DNA of 63,990 nucleotides, counting the filler, from an uncultured Acidimicrobiia bacterium (GTDB lineage Bacteria > Actinomycetota > Acidimicrobiia > Spongiisociales > JAOTWH01), in the NCBI GenBank assembly GCA_964347285.1. It is 3 parts of 3 records of this genome, joined end to end, with 100 filler letters (N's around TTAATTAATTAA, not from the genome) between each part and the next. Parts side by side here need not be neighbours in the genome. Positions count along the whole stretch, not along the records: positions 1 to 26,982 come from CAYFYE010000024.1; positions 27,083 to 53,950 come from CAYFYE010000025.1; 1 more part is not named here. The stretch is one strand, 5' to 3'. The position numbers were made by a program, and so were the translations under genes. The notes beneath the pieces were generated by a model. The model made no database searches. It was not told the origin of the DNA and saw nothing but the letters and a program-made list of their open reading frames with translations. Below, piece after piece: positions 20,065-28,142 of this stretch; position 1 is the first letter of the stretch, and each line of letters starts with the position of its first letter.

Positions 20065-21234
20065 GTGACCCGACGTGCCATCACGAGGGCCAGGCTGATC
20101 GACGGCACCGGTGCCCAGGCCGCGCCCTCCACCACCGTGATCTGGGAGGACCGCACGATCACCTGGGTCGGCCCCGATGCCGAAGCCGACCTGGAGGGAG
20201 CAGAGGTGACCGACGCCGCCGGCGCCTCGCTGCTGCCCGGATTGATCGACGCCCACGTCCACCTGGTGCTCGACGCCTCCCTCGAAGGGGTGGACCGGCT
20301 GGCAACCGAACCACTCAACGAGATCGTGAGGCGGGCCGACGACAACGCTGCCCGGCTTCTGCACTCCGGCATCACCAGCGCTCGCGACCAGGGGTCCCGC
20401 CAGAGCGTGGCCATCGGTGTCGCCGAGCGTCAACGGAGCGGCCAACTGGTGGCGGCCCGCATCTTCGCGGCCGGCCGGGGCATCACGGCTCCCGGCGGAC
20501 ACGGATGGATGATGGGCGTCCAGGTCGAAGGACCCGACGGGGTGCGACAAGCAGTGGCCGAGGAGATCGAACGAGGGGCCGATGTGATCAAGCTCTTTCC
20601 AACCGGCGGGGTTCTGGGCAGCGGAGCACACGGCTTCGAGGTCACGATGACAAAAGAGGAGATCTCGGCCGCCGTCGCCGAGGCCCACGCCGGCGGAAAG
20701 CTGGTGGGCGCTCACGTCCACGGCGCCGAGGGGGTGGCCCTCTGTCTGGCCGCCGGAGTCGACACGATCGAGCACGGGACCGGGCTCTCGGCCGAGCAAG
20801 CCGCCCAGATGGTGGACCGTGATATCGCCCTGGTGCCGACGATGATGGCCGTGGAGGTGCTGGCCGGGCGAACCGAGGTCGCCGAGGACCTGGCCGAGCG
20901 AGTCGCCGAGATCCGTCCGATCATCGGCGAAACCGTGCGACGGGCCATCGAATCCGGGGTCCGGGTGCTGGCCGGCACGGATGCCGGGACCCCATTCAAC
21001 CCCCCCGGAGGTCTCTACCGCGAAATGACCCTCCTCGCCGGCCTGGGGCTGGGCAACGCCGGAGCTATCGCCGCGGCAACTTCGGGACCCGCCCGGGTGC
21101 TGGGCTTGACCGATCTCGGATCCGTCGAAGCCGGACGGCGAGCCGATCTGCTGTTGGTGGAGGCCGACCCCCTGACGGATCTGGCGGCGCTGGCCTCGCC
21201 CCGTCTGGTGGTTCAGGACGGCGAAATCACCTAG
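20065..21234 (+). CDS. Metal-dependent amidohydrolase (prolidase-like subgroup)
   Basis: PGLIDAHVH, GADVIK, AHVHG, IEHG, AGTDAG, GRRADL. Confidence 0.9.
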   Translation: MTRRAITRARLIDGTGAQAAPSTTVIWEDRTITWVGPDAEADLEGAEVTDAAGASLLPGLIDAHVHLVLDASLEGVDRLATEPLNEIVRRADDNAARLLHSGITSARDQGSRQSVAIGVAERQRSGQLVAARIFAAGRGITAPGGHGWMMGVQVEGPDGVRQAVAEEIERGADVIKLFPTGGVLGSGAHGFEVTMTKEEISAAVAEAHAGGKLVGAHVHGAEGVALCLAAGVDTIEHGTGLSAEQAAQMVDRDIALVPTMMAVEVLAGRTEVAEDLAERVAEIRPIIGETVRRAIESGVRVLAGTDAGTPFNPPGGLYREMTLLAGLGLGNAGAIAAATSGPARVLGLTDLGSVEAGRRADLLLVEADPLTDLAALASPRLVVQDGEIT

Positions 21235-21845
21235 ATCTCATCGAGGAGTTTCTGCTTCTTCTCCTCGAACTCCTCGTCGGTGAGTGCGCCCTCGCGGTGC
21301 AGGGCCGCCAGGCGCTCCAGCTTGGCCGTGGCATCTGTCGGATGAGGACCGGCCCCCGCCAACTGGGACGCCCTCTGCTCCCGGACCTGGTAGAGCAGCG
21401 ACTGGAAGTCCTCGGGTTCCGGTATGTCGCTGAAGCGGCTCTGGCCCATTTCGCCGGCCGACTCGATCAGGAGGTCGCCCGACTTGAGCACCCGCTCCAA
21501 CACCGTCTGGGAGAACTTGATGTCGTTGATGTTTTCGAGGGGGATCTCGGTCCCTTGTCGGGCAATGACCCCCCGGCGGGTGACCAGCCGCTCGCTGGTG
21601 AGGATGTACCACGTGAACCACCATTTGATGAAGCGCCACAAGCCGAACCAGAGCCACAGCAGCAGGACCACGCCCACCGTGATCAGGTCGACGGTCCCAT
21701 CCTCGGGAGGCAGCAGGAACGCGGCAACGATGCCCGCAATGGCGAGCACGGTCCATAACGCCGGGATGAACAGCATCCGCCAGTGAGGCCGAAACTCGCG
21801 AACGATCTCTTCGCCTTCGGAGAGCAAGCGGCGGGGATAGCGCAT
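21231..21845 (-). CDS. Membrane bacterial PH-domain protein with C-terminal SHOCT
   Basis: RPHW, two TMs, YILTSERLVTRRG, GDLLIESAG; LERLAALHREGALTDEEFEEKKQKLL. Confidence 0.85.
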   Translation of the reverse strand: MRYPRRLLSEGEEIVREFRPHWRMLFIPALWTVLAIAGIVAAFLLPPEDGTVDLITVGVVLLLWLWFGLWRFIKWWFTWYILTSERLVTRRGVIARQGTEIPLENINDIKFSQTVLERVLKSGDLLIESAGEMGQSRFSDIPEPEDFQSLLYQVREQRASQLAGAGPHPTDATAKLERLAALHREGALTDEEFEEKKQKLLDEI

Positions 21846-21947
21846 GGCAGGGACAGTAGTCACTATCGGCGGGACTAAGGCCCTTCGGCGCGGCCTTCGG
21901 CCCCCGGGACGGCGGCTAACTTGCCTCCGTCGACCGGAGGGGAACCC

Positions 21948-22409
21948 ATGACGCTTCGAGAATGGCTGCTCTTCACTCACATCCTCGCCGCCGTGGCCTG
22001 GGTGGGGGGATCGATCATCCTCCAGTTCTTCGCATTTCGGGTCAATCGTTCACGTGATCCGAAGCGGACCGTTGATTTCGTCGACTACGCCGACCTGGCC
22101 GGCCGGGTCTTCAACGTGGCCGGCATCGTGGTGGCCGCCGCCGGGATCTGGATGGTCATCGACATCGAGGCGTACGACTTCGATCAGGCCTGGATCATCT
22201 ACGCCCTCGCCGTCGTGGGCGCCTCGGCGTTGCTGGGGATGTTCTTCCACAGCCCCAACACCAAGCGAATCCTCGCCGTTGCGGCCGAACGCGGTGCCGA
22301 AGATCCCGAAATCGGTCTAGGGCTTCGCCGGATCGTCCTGGTGGCCCAGATCGAACTGGCGCTCCTGGTGCTGGTGGTCTACGTGATGGTCTTCAAACCG
22401 GGGGGGTGA
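21948..22409 (+). CDS. DUF2269-like 4-TM membrane protein
   Basis: LFTHILAAVAWVGG N-terminus, VYVMVFKPG C-terminus. Confidence 0.8.
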   Translation: MTLREWLLFTHILAAVAWVGGSIILQFFAFRVNRSRDPKRTVDFVDYADLAGRVFNVAGIVVAAAGIWMVIDIEAYDFDQAWIIYALAVVGASALLGMFFHSPNTKRILAVAAERGAEDPEIGLGLRRIVLVAQIELALLVLVVYVMVFKPGG

Positions 22410-22448
22410 GGGGGGACCGCGTCGAACCCGGGCCGACGACCCGGTTCG

Positions 22449-22503
22449 AAAAAGAGGAACCCCGAGGGAGCCTCGGCCGAAGCCTTGGCCCTCTCGGGGT
22501 TCC
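22449..22503 (-). terminator. Intrinsic-terminator-like 3' end of ncRNA A
   Basis: GGAACCCCGAG...CUCGGGGUUCC stem followed by UCUUUUU. Confidence 0.7.
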
Positions 22504-22799
22504 AGTCGAAGCAACCTTTCGGCTGCTCCGATCCCTCCAGGCCGAAGCCCTTTGGGCGTGGCCCCGTCGGTTTTCAGCCAGTCGAGCCCGAAGACCCTCC
22601 CGGCCGGAACCCCTTGCAGGGACGACCCGGCGGGGCCGCTCCGAGGACCCTTGCGAATCCCCAGAGGTTTTGCTCCACCTCGGTTACGGTTGACCCGAAG
22701 GCCCCGTCCGGCCCCCTTTCGAGAGCTTTAGATGGAGCGCCTCCGGTGAGCCTTTCGACTCTTCCGGGGGCCTTCCGACCCAGTTGCCTGAGCCGAAGT
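22449..22799 (-). ncRNA. Candidate large structured ncRNA A (~350 nt, ten tetraloop-capped hairpins)
   Basis: Promoter upstream and terminal hairpin plus U-tract. Hairpin loops 5' to 3': GCAA, GAAA, GAAA, UUCG, GCAA, GCAA, UUCG, UUCG, GAAA, UUCG. Many G-U pairs form only on this strand. No credible ORF. Confidence 0.8.
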
Positions 22800-22805
22800 G
22801 GAATG

Positions 22806-22834
22806 AATGTACGCCTTCCCCCGCCAATCGTCAA
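22806..22834 (-). promoter_or_regulatory. SigA-type promoter of ncRNA A
   Basis: TTGACG (22834-22829), 17 bp spacer, TACATT (22811-22806). Confidence 0.75.
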
Positions 22835-22851
22835 GCCGAACCCGTATCTAG

Positions 22852-22879
22852 ATTTCGCGTCTCAACAGGACTTTTCGCG
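22852..22879. promoter_or_regulatory. Two TTTCGCG boxes upstream of the ncRNA A promoter
   Basis: ATTTCGCG 22852-22859 and TTTTCGCG 22872-22879. Confidence 0.5.
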
Positions 22880-23340
22880 GGGCCCCGGAACGGGAGGAGC
22901 TCCCCCTCTCACCCACACCTCTCGCCTCACCTCCGCCGTCGACCGACTCGCCACTCGTCACCGCCCCGTCGCCGCCCGGCCCTCTGGTTCCAGGCCACCG
23001 GGCGAGCGCGAGCCGGACGTCGCCGGCCTGCTTCGGCCGAGACCGGATCCGCCGCCGAGGCGGGGCCGGCCGCCCGAGCACGCGAGACGGCTTTCGCCGA
23101 GGGAAGCGGACGTACGGTGGGAGNNNNNNNNNNNNNNNNNNNNNNNNNNNNNNNNNNNNNNNNNNNNNNNNNNNNNNNNNNNNNNNNNNNNNNNNNNNNN
23201 NNNNNNNNNNNNNNNNNNNNNNNGCCGCCCGAGCACGCGAGACGGCTTTCGCCGAGGGAAGCGGACGTACGGTGGGAGGAGCGGGTCGACGACGAGTGGA
23301 ATCACCCTCCGGGCCGGCCGGGAACCGGCTCCGACCGCAC

Positions 23341-23556
23341 AAGAGAGGAACCCCGAGGGAGCCTCAGCCGAAGCCTTGGCCCTCTCGGGGTTCCAGTCGA
23401 AGCAACCTTTCGGCTGCTTCGATCCCTTCGGGCCGAAGCCCGTCGGGCGTGGCCCCGTCGGTTGGACCTAGTGAGCCCGAAGACCCTCTGGGCCGTCCCC
23501 GGTTAAGGGGTACCCGGCGGAGCCGCCTCCTCAGACCTCTCGGCCCTTGGAGGAAG
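23341..23556 (-). ncRNA. Candidate structured ncRNA B (~215 nt), shorter paralog of ncRNA A
   Basis: 23344-23463 matches 22453-22572 with 6 mismatches in 120 nt (counted by eye), and changes in helices keep pairing. It has its own promoter and terminal hairpin. Confidence 0.78.
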
Positions 23557-23560
23557 CAAG

Positions 23561-23589
23561 ACAGTAGGCGTTACCCCCCGGGACGTCAA
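23561..23589 (-). promoter_or_regulatory. SigA-type promoter of ncRNA B
   Basis: TTGACG (23589-23584), 17 bp spacer, TACTGT (23566-23561). Confidence 0.72.
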
Positions 23590-23606
23590 CCTGCAGTGAG
23601 GGTTTG

Positions 23607-23682
23607 TTTTCGCGCTCTCAACGATGGTTTTCGCGGCTCCCGCCCATACATTTTCGCGATCCTACCAAGCAGCGTTTTCGCG
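23607..23682. repeat. Four direct repeats of TTTTCGCG (putative regulator binding array)
   Basis: Copies start at 23607, 23628, 23651 and 23675 (spacing 21/23/24 bp). Confidence 0.7.
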
Positions 23683-23709
23683 CTTTGCGGCAGGCCAGAA
23701 CTACACGCG

Positions 23710-23731
23710 TGTCACTTGATTCGCGTATCAT
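23710..23731 (+). promoter_or_regulatory. PafBC/RecA-NDp-like promoter TGTCAC-N10-TATCAT
   Basis: Same geometry as mycobacterial TGTCGG-N10-TAnnnT; 7 bp before the GTG of the nuclease gene. Confidence 0.55.
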
Positions 23732-23738
23732 CTGGGCC

Positions 23739-24551
23739 GTGCCGGAGACGACCATCCTCGACCGCCTCTCCCCCAGCCGGGCCTCCGACTTCAAGCAGTG
23801 CCCCCAGCTGTTCAAGTTCCGGGCCATCGACCGGCTGGACGAGCCGCCCACCATCCATCAGGCCCGGGGCACCACTGCCCACCTGGCGCTGCAGCGGCTG
23901 TTCGACCTGCCGGCCGAAACGCGCACCCCCGACGCCCTCTACGACCTCTTTCGGCAAGCGTGGGTGGAGGTGCGCGCCGAAGAGTACGCCGACCTGTTCG
24001 CCTCGACCGAGGAGGAGCGCGCCTGGGGCCTCGAGTCGCTCGAGCTCCTTGCCAACTATTTCTCTCTCGAGGATCCGGCCGCCGTCGAACCGATCGAGCG
24101 CGAACTCGACATGGTCGAGGAACTCGATGGGGTCACGATCCGGGGCATTCTCGATCGGATGGAGGAGAACGACGAAGGCGAGCTGATCATCATCGACTAC
24201 AAAACGGGCAAGGCCCCTCCGGAACGGTTCGCCCTGCCGGCCTTCTTCGCTCTCAAGATCTACGCCCTGCTCATCCGGCGACGTACCGGGCGGACTCCGG
24301 CAGAACTCAGGCTCCTCTACCTCAACGGACCGGAGATGTATCGATTGTCCGTCAACGGCAACCAGCTGGACGCCATGCACCGCCAGCTGGTGGCGCTGTG
24401 GGATGCCATCGGTCGGGCCATCGGGCGCGACCACTTTCCCCCGCGGGTCAGCAAGCTCTGCGACTACTGCGCTTTTCGCGAGTTGTGCCCGGCCTGGGAG
24501 ATGAGCGCCGACGGCCTACCCGTTCTCGCCGGGGCAGGAACGGGGCCCTAG
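23739..24551 (+). CDS. RecB-family / Cas4-like PD-(D/E)XK exonuclease with probable Fe-S cluster
   Basis: LSPSRASDFKQCP, RGILDR, IIDYKTG, CDYCAFRELCP (four-Cys staple). Confidence 0.88.
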   Translation: MPETTILDRLSPSRASDFKQCPQLFKFRAIDRLDEPPTIHQARGTTAHLALQRLFDLPAETRTPDALYDLFRQAWVEVRAEEYADLFASTEEERAWGLESLELLANYFSLEDPAAVEPIERELDMVEELDGVTIRGILDRMEENDEGELIIIDYKTGKAPPERFALPAFFALKIYALLIRRRTGRTPAELRLLYLNGPEMYRLSVNGNQLDAMHRQLVALWDAIGRAIGRDHFPPRVSKLCDYCAFRELCPAWEMSADGLPVLAGAGTGP

Positions 24552-24612
24552 CCCCACCGGTCCGGCGGGGCCGCGAGGCGGTCGGGCCCGGCCATATTCC
24601 CCCCGGCCCAGA

Positions 24613-25446
24613 TCACCCCGCCGCGATCAGCGCCACCGCGATGAGAGCCACCACCAGCCCGGCCAGCCGGTACCGGCCCAGTCGCTCCCGGAGGACGATC
24701 CGCGCCAGGACCACCGTCGCCGCCGGGAACATCGCCGTCATCACCGAAACCACGGCCAGAGAGCCCCGCTGACTCGCCAAGATGAACGCGCCGTTGCCGA
24801 CGATCGTGGCAGCTCCGGCCGCCGCCAGGGGCGGGACCGAGGCTCGAAACGGCACCAGCGGCCGGTCGGCCACCACGGCCAGGCAAACGAGCACCCCGCC
24901 TCCGAACAGGCGAGCCGGGCCCAGAGGCCAGATCCCGGCATCTGCGGAAACCCGGCTCAGCAGGATCAGCAGTCCCCCGAACCCGAGGCCGGCCAGCATG
25001 CCGAAGATGACCCCCGGTGAGGTCGGCGCCGGCGCCACCGAGGGAACCCCTCGGGCCACCATCCAGATGGCGATCACCCCGATGACCAGGCCCGCCGCCT
25101 GCAGGCCGCCCGGTCGCTCACCTTGCATCAGGGCAAACAGCACCGGCCACGCGGCCGTGCCCACGGCGGCGATGGGAGACACGGTGCCGATAGAGCTACG
25201 CGCGAAGCCGGTGTACAGCGCGAGGATGCCGAGTCCGCCCGAGGCCCCGGCCACCGCCCCCCACAGCAGGTCGGCGGTCGACGGAGCGCCGCCGATGAAG
25301 GGAGCCAGCACCGCGGTGGCGCCTACCCCGAACGCGTGCGACAGCGTGGCCACCGCCAGCACCCGGCCATGCCGGCTGGCGAGTCCCCCGAGGAAGTCAC
25401 CCGAGCCCGAGAACAGTGCCGCGAGCCCGGCAAGGACGACGGCCAT
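24613..25446 (-). CDS. EamA/DMT family transporter
   Basis: About 10 hydrophobic helices; GDFLGGLASR, VSPIAA, PAATVVLARIVLRERL. Confidence 0.85.
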   Translation of the reverse strand: MAVVLAGLAALFSGSGDFLGGLASRHGRVLAVATLSHAFGVGATAVLAPFIGGAPSTADLLWGAVAGASGGLGILALYTGFARSSIGTVSPIAAVGTAAWPVLFALMQGERPGGLQAAGLVIGVIAIWMVARGVPSVAPAPTSPGVIFGMLAGLGFGGLLILLSRVSADAGIWPLGPARLFGGGVLVCLAVVADRPLVPFRASVPPLAAAGAATIVGNGAFILASQRGSLAVVSVMTAMFPAATVVLARIVLRERLGRYRLAGLVVALIAVALIAAG

Positions 25447-25477
25447 CGGGCCAGGCTAGGAGGAGTCCGTCGGCCCT

Positions 25478-26764
25478 CTAGGGGTAGATGCCCCGGGCCA
25501 GTTTGGCCTGGGTGACCCTACGGATGCCCTTGATGAGTGCCGCGGTGCGCAAGTCGACGTTCTCCCTCACCGCCACGTCGAGCACCTCGCTGAAGGCACG
25601 ATTCATGATCTCTCGCAACCGGCCCACGATCTCGCTCTCCGACCAGAAGTAGTTCTGCAGGTCCTGGACCCACTCGAAATAGGACACGGTGACGCCCCCC
25701 GCATTGCCCAAGATGTCGGGCACGACGAAGACGTTGTTGGCCGCCAGGATGTCGTCCGCATCGGCGGTGGTGGGGCCGTTGGCACCCTCGAGGATGAGCG
25801 AAGCCTTGATCCGGTCTGCGTTGCTCTTGTTGATCGCCCCTCCCACGGCCGCCGGGATGAGCACGTCACAGTCGAGCTCGAACAGCTCCTCGTTGCTCAC
25901 CTCATCGACCTGCGGATAGCCCTCGAGGAACTGATGCTCGTCGGTCCAGGCGAACAGCGACTCCACATCGAGGCCGGCGTCCCGGTAGATGCCCCCCTTG
26001 ACATCCGACACGGCGACGAGCCGGGCCCCGAGCTGCTGAGCGGCTAGGGCGGCATAGCGTCCCACATTGCCGAACCCGTGCACGACCACCTTGGCATTCT
26101 CCAGCTCCATGCCCCTGTTCTGGGCCGCCATGGGCAGGAGGCTCACCAAACCCCGCCCGGTCGCCTCGCGCCGGGCCACCGAGCCTCCCAGCGCCGGGGG
26201 TTTGCCGGTCACCACGGCCGGCTCGGAATGTCCGACGTGGGTGCTGTAGGTGTCCATCAGCCAGGCCATCACCTGCTCGTCGGTGCCCATGTCGGGTGCC
26301 GGAATATCTCGATCGGGCCCGATGAAGTTGATGATTTCCATCGTGTAACGCCTGGTCACCCGCTGTTTCTCGGCCCGGGTCAGCTCGAGTGGTTCGACAC
26401 GCACCCCTCCTTTGGCTCCGCCGAAAGGCAAGCCGACGATGGCGCACTTCCACGTCATGAGCATGGCCAGCGCCGCCACCTCGCCCAGATTGACATCGGC
26501 GGCAAAACGGAGGCCCCCCTTGGTCGGACCCATCGACAGCACGTGCTGGACCCGGTATCCGAACACGGTTTCCACCGACATGTAATCGTCGTGCCGGAAG
26601 GGAAAGGTCACGGTGAGGGCGCGCTGGGGAACACGCAACCGCTCGTGGAGATTGGGGTCGAGGTCGATCAGTTCGGCCACCCGATCGAACTGGCCGACGG
26701 CTTCACGAAAGAGCGGCGACTCCCACTCCAGGAGAGCGCCGTCCCCAACGGACAAAGTCATCAT
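25478..26764 (-). CDS. gdhA: Glu/Leu/Phe/Val dehydrogenase (glutamate dehydrogenase)
   Basis: GPTKGGLRF, GGAKGG, PAPDMGT, GFGNVG, EGANGP, NAGGVTVSYFEW. Confidence 0.92.
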   Translation of the reverse strand: MMTLSVGDGALLEWESPLFREAVGQFDRVAELIDLDPNLHERLRVPQRALTVTFPFRHDDYMSVETVFGYRVQHVLSMGPTKGGLRFAADVNLGEVAALAMLMTWKCAIVGLPFGGAKGGVRVEPLELTRAEKQRVTRRYTMEIINFIGPDRDIPAPDMGTDEQVMAWLMDTYSTHVGHSEPAVVTGKPPALGGSVARREATGRGLVSLLPMAAQNRGMELENAKVVVHGFGNVGRYAALAAQQLGARLVAVSDVKGGIYRDAGLDVESLFAWTDEHQFLEGYPQVDEVSNEELFELDCDVLIPAAVGGAINKSNADRIKASLILEGANGPTTADADDILAANNVFVVPDILGNAGGVTVSYFEWVQDLQNYFWSESEIVGRLREIMNRAFSEVLDVAVRENVDLRTAALIKGIRRVTQAKLARGIYP

Positions 26765-26809
26765 CGTTCCTTGTCGAGCGGCGAGCCGTCCGCCAATCTA
26801 ACCGAGGCA

Positions 26810-26982
26810 ATGGCCACAGGCGATAACCCCCCGGAGCTGTACACGATCGGTCACGGCAGCCGCTCCTTTGCCGAAGTCCAGCAGCACCTCGAATCGCACC
26901 ATGTTCGAACGATCATCGATGTCCGCTCGACGCCGTACTCGGCCCATGCCCCCGACTTCAGCCGTGAGGCCCTGGCCGAGGC
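26810..26982 (+). CDS. DUF488 family protein, truncated at contig end
   Basis: LYTIGHGSRS...IIDVRSTPYS motif. Confidence 0.75.
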
Positions 26983-27082
26983 NNNNNNNNNNNNNNNNNN
27001 NNNNNNNNNNNNNNNNNNNNNNNNNNTTAATTAATTAANNNNNNNNNNNNNNNNNNNNNNNNNNNNNNNNNNNNNNNNNNNN
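26983..27082. other. Artificial contig-join linker
   Basis: N44-TTAATTAATTAA-N44 (stops in all frames); same design recurs at 53951-54050. Confidence 0.95.
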
Positions 27083-28085
27083 CGAATTCCTCTTCCAGGA
27101 CGACGTCGCCCACGGAAGCAGGCTCCTCGAGCGACACCTCCTCGATCGGCGCTAGCTCCTCGGCCGTTTCGAGCACGGCCTCCTCGACCTCGACTGCAGC
27201 CAGATCGACGACTTCTGCCTCGAGTGATCTGCCCTCTTCGGCGACCACCTCGACCCCGGCCGGTTCTGCGAAGCTCGCTTCTGGGGCGGCGCCGAGCCGT
27301 TCGTGAGGGGCCGGCTCGCCGCCGGGCGTAGTGCCTTCTTCGGCCACGAGCTCGACCGCCTCGAACTCCCCGGGCAGCACATCGGCCGCATCCCCCGCCA
27401 AGACTTCCTCTTCCGCCTCCTCGAGGGCGAACTCCTCGCCGGGGTAGCTCTCTTCAACGTCGGCTCCGATCGGCTCGGCCACCTCGAGGACCTGCTCTCC
27501 CTCAAAGGCCTCCCCGATCTCGCTCGGCGCAGGCTCAGCGTCGGCGGCCGGAGTTACTCCGGGTTCCATTTCCTCGACGACTTCGCGGCCTACCGGTGTC
27601 TCCTCGACCCCGACAGCCGAAGTGTCCGCCCAGAGCTCTTCGTATTCCTCGGAGGCTTCGGCATCGGCGACCTGAAGCTCCTCCTCAGCTCCGAGGCTCT
27701 CCTCGACCGGAACTACGTCCTCGGGCGTAACCGTCGGCTCGACGAGCTCCTGGAATGCGAGAGAGGCCTCTTCTTCTTCCGCCTCGATGCTCGGCGGGGC
27801 ACGCAGCTCGTCGAAGACGCCCACCGAAGATTCGATTTCTTCGAGCCCAACCGGCTCTTCGAACCGAACGGCGTGCTCCTCAGCCTCGCCTACGGGCTCT
27901 TCGACCGGCTGATCCGCCGCCTTGCGCCGGCGGAAAGGCCAGCGGGTCTTGGCCTTGGGCTCTTCGACGACCTCGCGCTCGCCGACGAACTCCTCTTCGA
28001 CGGTTTCCCGGTCTGATCTCCAGTCGGGATGCCAGGGATCACCGGGGTGGGGTCTATATCCGCCCGCGTCGCCGCTATCGGTCAA
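27083..28085 (-). CDS. Very acidic low-complexity protein N-terminus, 3'-truncated; probably the extension of phosphatidate cytidylyltransferase CdsA (synteny only)
   Basis: SD GGAAGGAG plus TTG; more than 330 aa rich in E/V/A/P; directly downstream of frr. Confidence 0.5.
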
Positions 28086-28142
28086 GCGGCACTCCTTCCT
28101 CAGTCTTCGTGGCCGGGGCCGTCCAGCGCCTCGAGCTCCGGC

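Noticed and set aside
23069..23278. Exact 55-bp direct repeat (23069-23123 and 23224-23278) that could suggest a CRISPR or tandem repeat next to a Cas4-like gene
   Set aside because: The copies directly flank a 100-N scaffold gap and 55 is a common assembler k-mer size. This is most likely an unmerged contig overlap. No spacers are visible.
22406..23506. Several overlapping ORFs across the RNA locus
   Set aside because: Pro/Arg-rich with no motifs, and some span the N gap. The conservation pattern between the copies fits RNA structure, not codons.
22449..23556. RNase P, SRP, tmRNA, rRNA fragment, group II intron or MITE as the identity of the structured repeats
   Set aside because: Diagnostic sequences, terminal inverted repeats and target-site duplications were not seen by eye. 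A formal Rfam search is still needed.
27027..27038. TTAATTAATTAA palindrome (also at 53995-54006)
   Set aside because: Artificial six-frame-stop linker embedded in Ns. Synteny across these joins should not be trusted.
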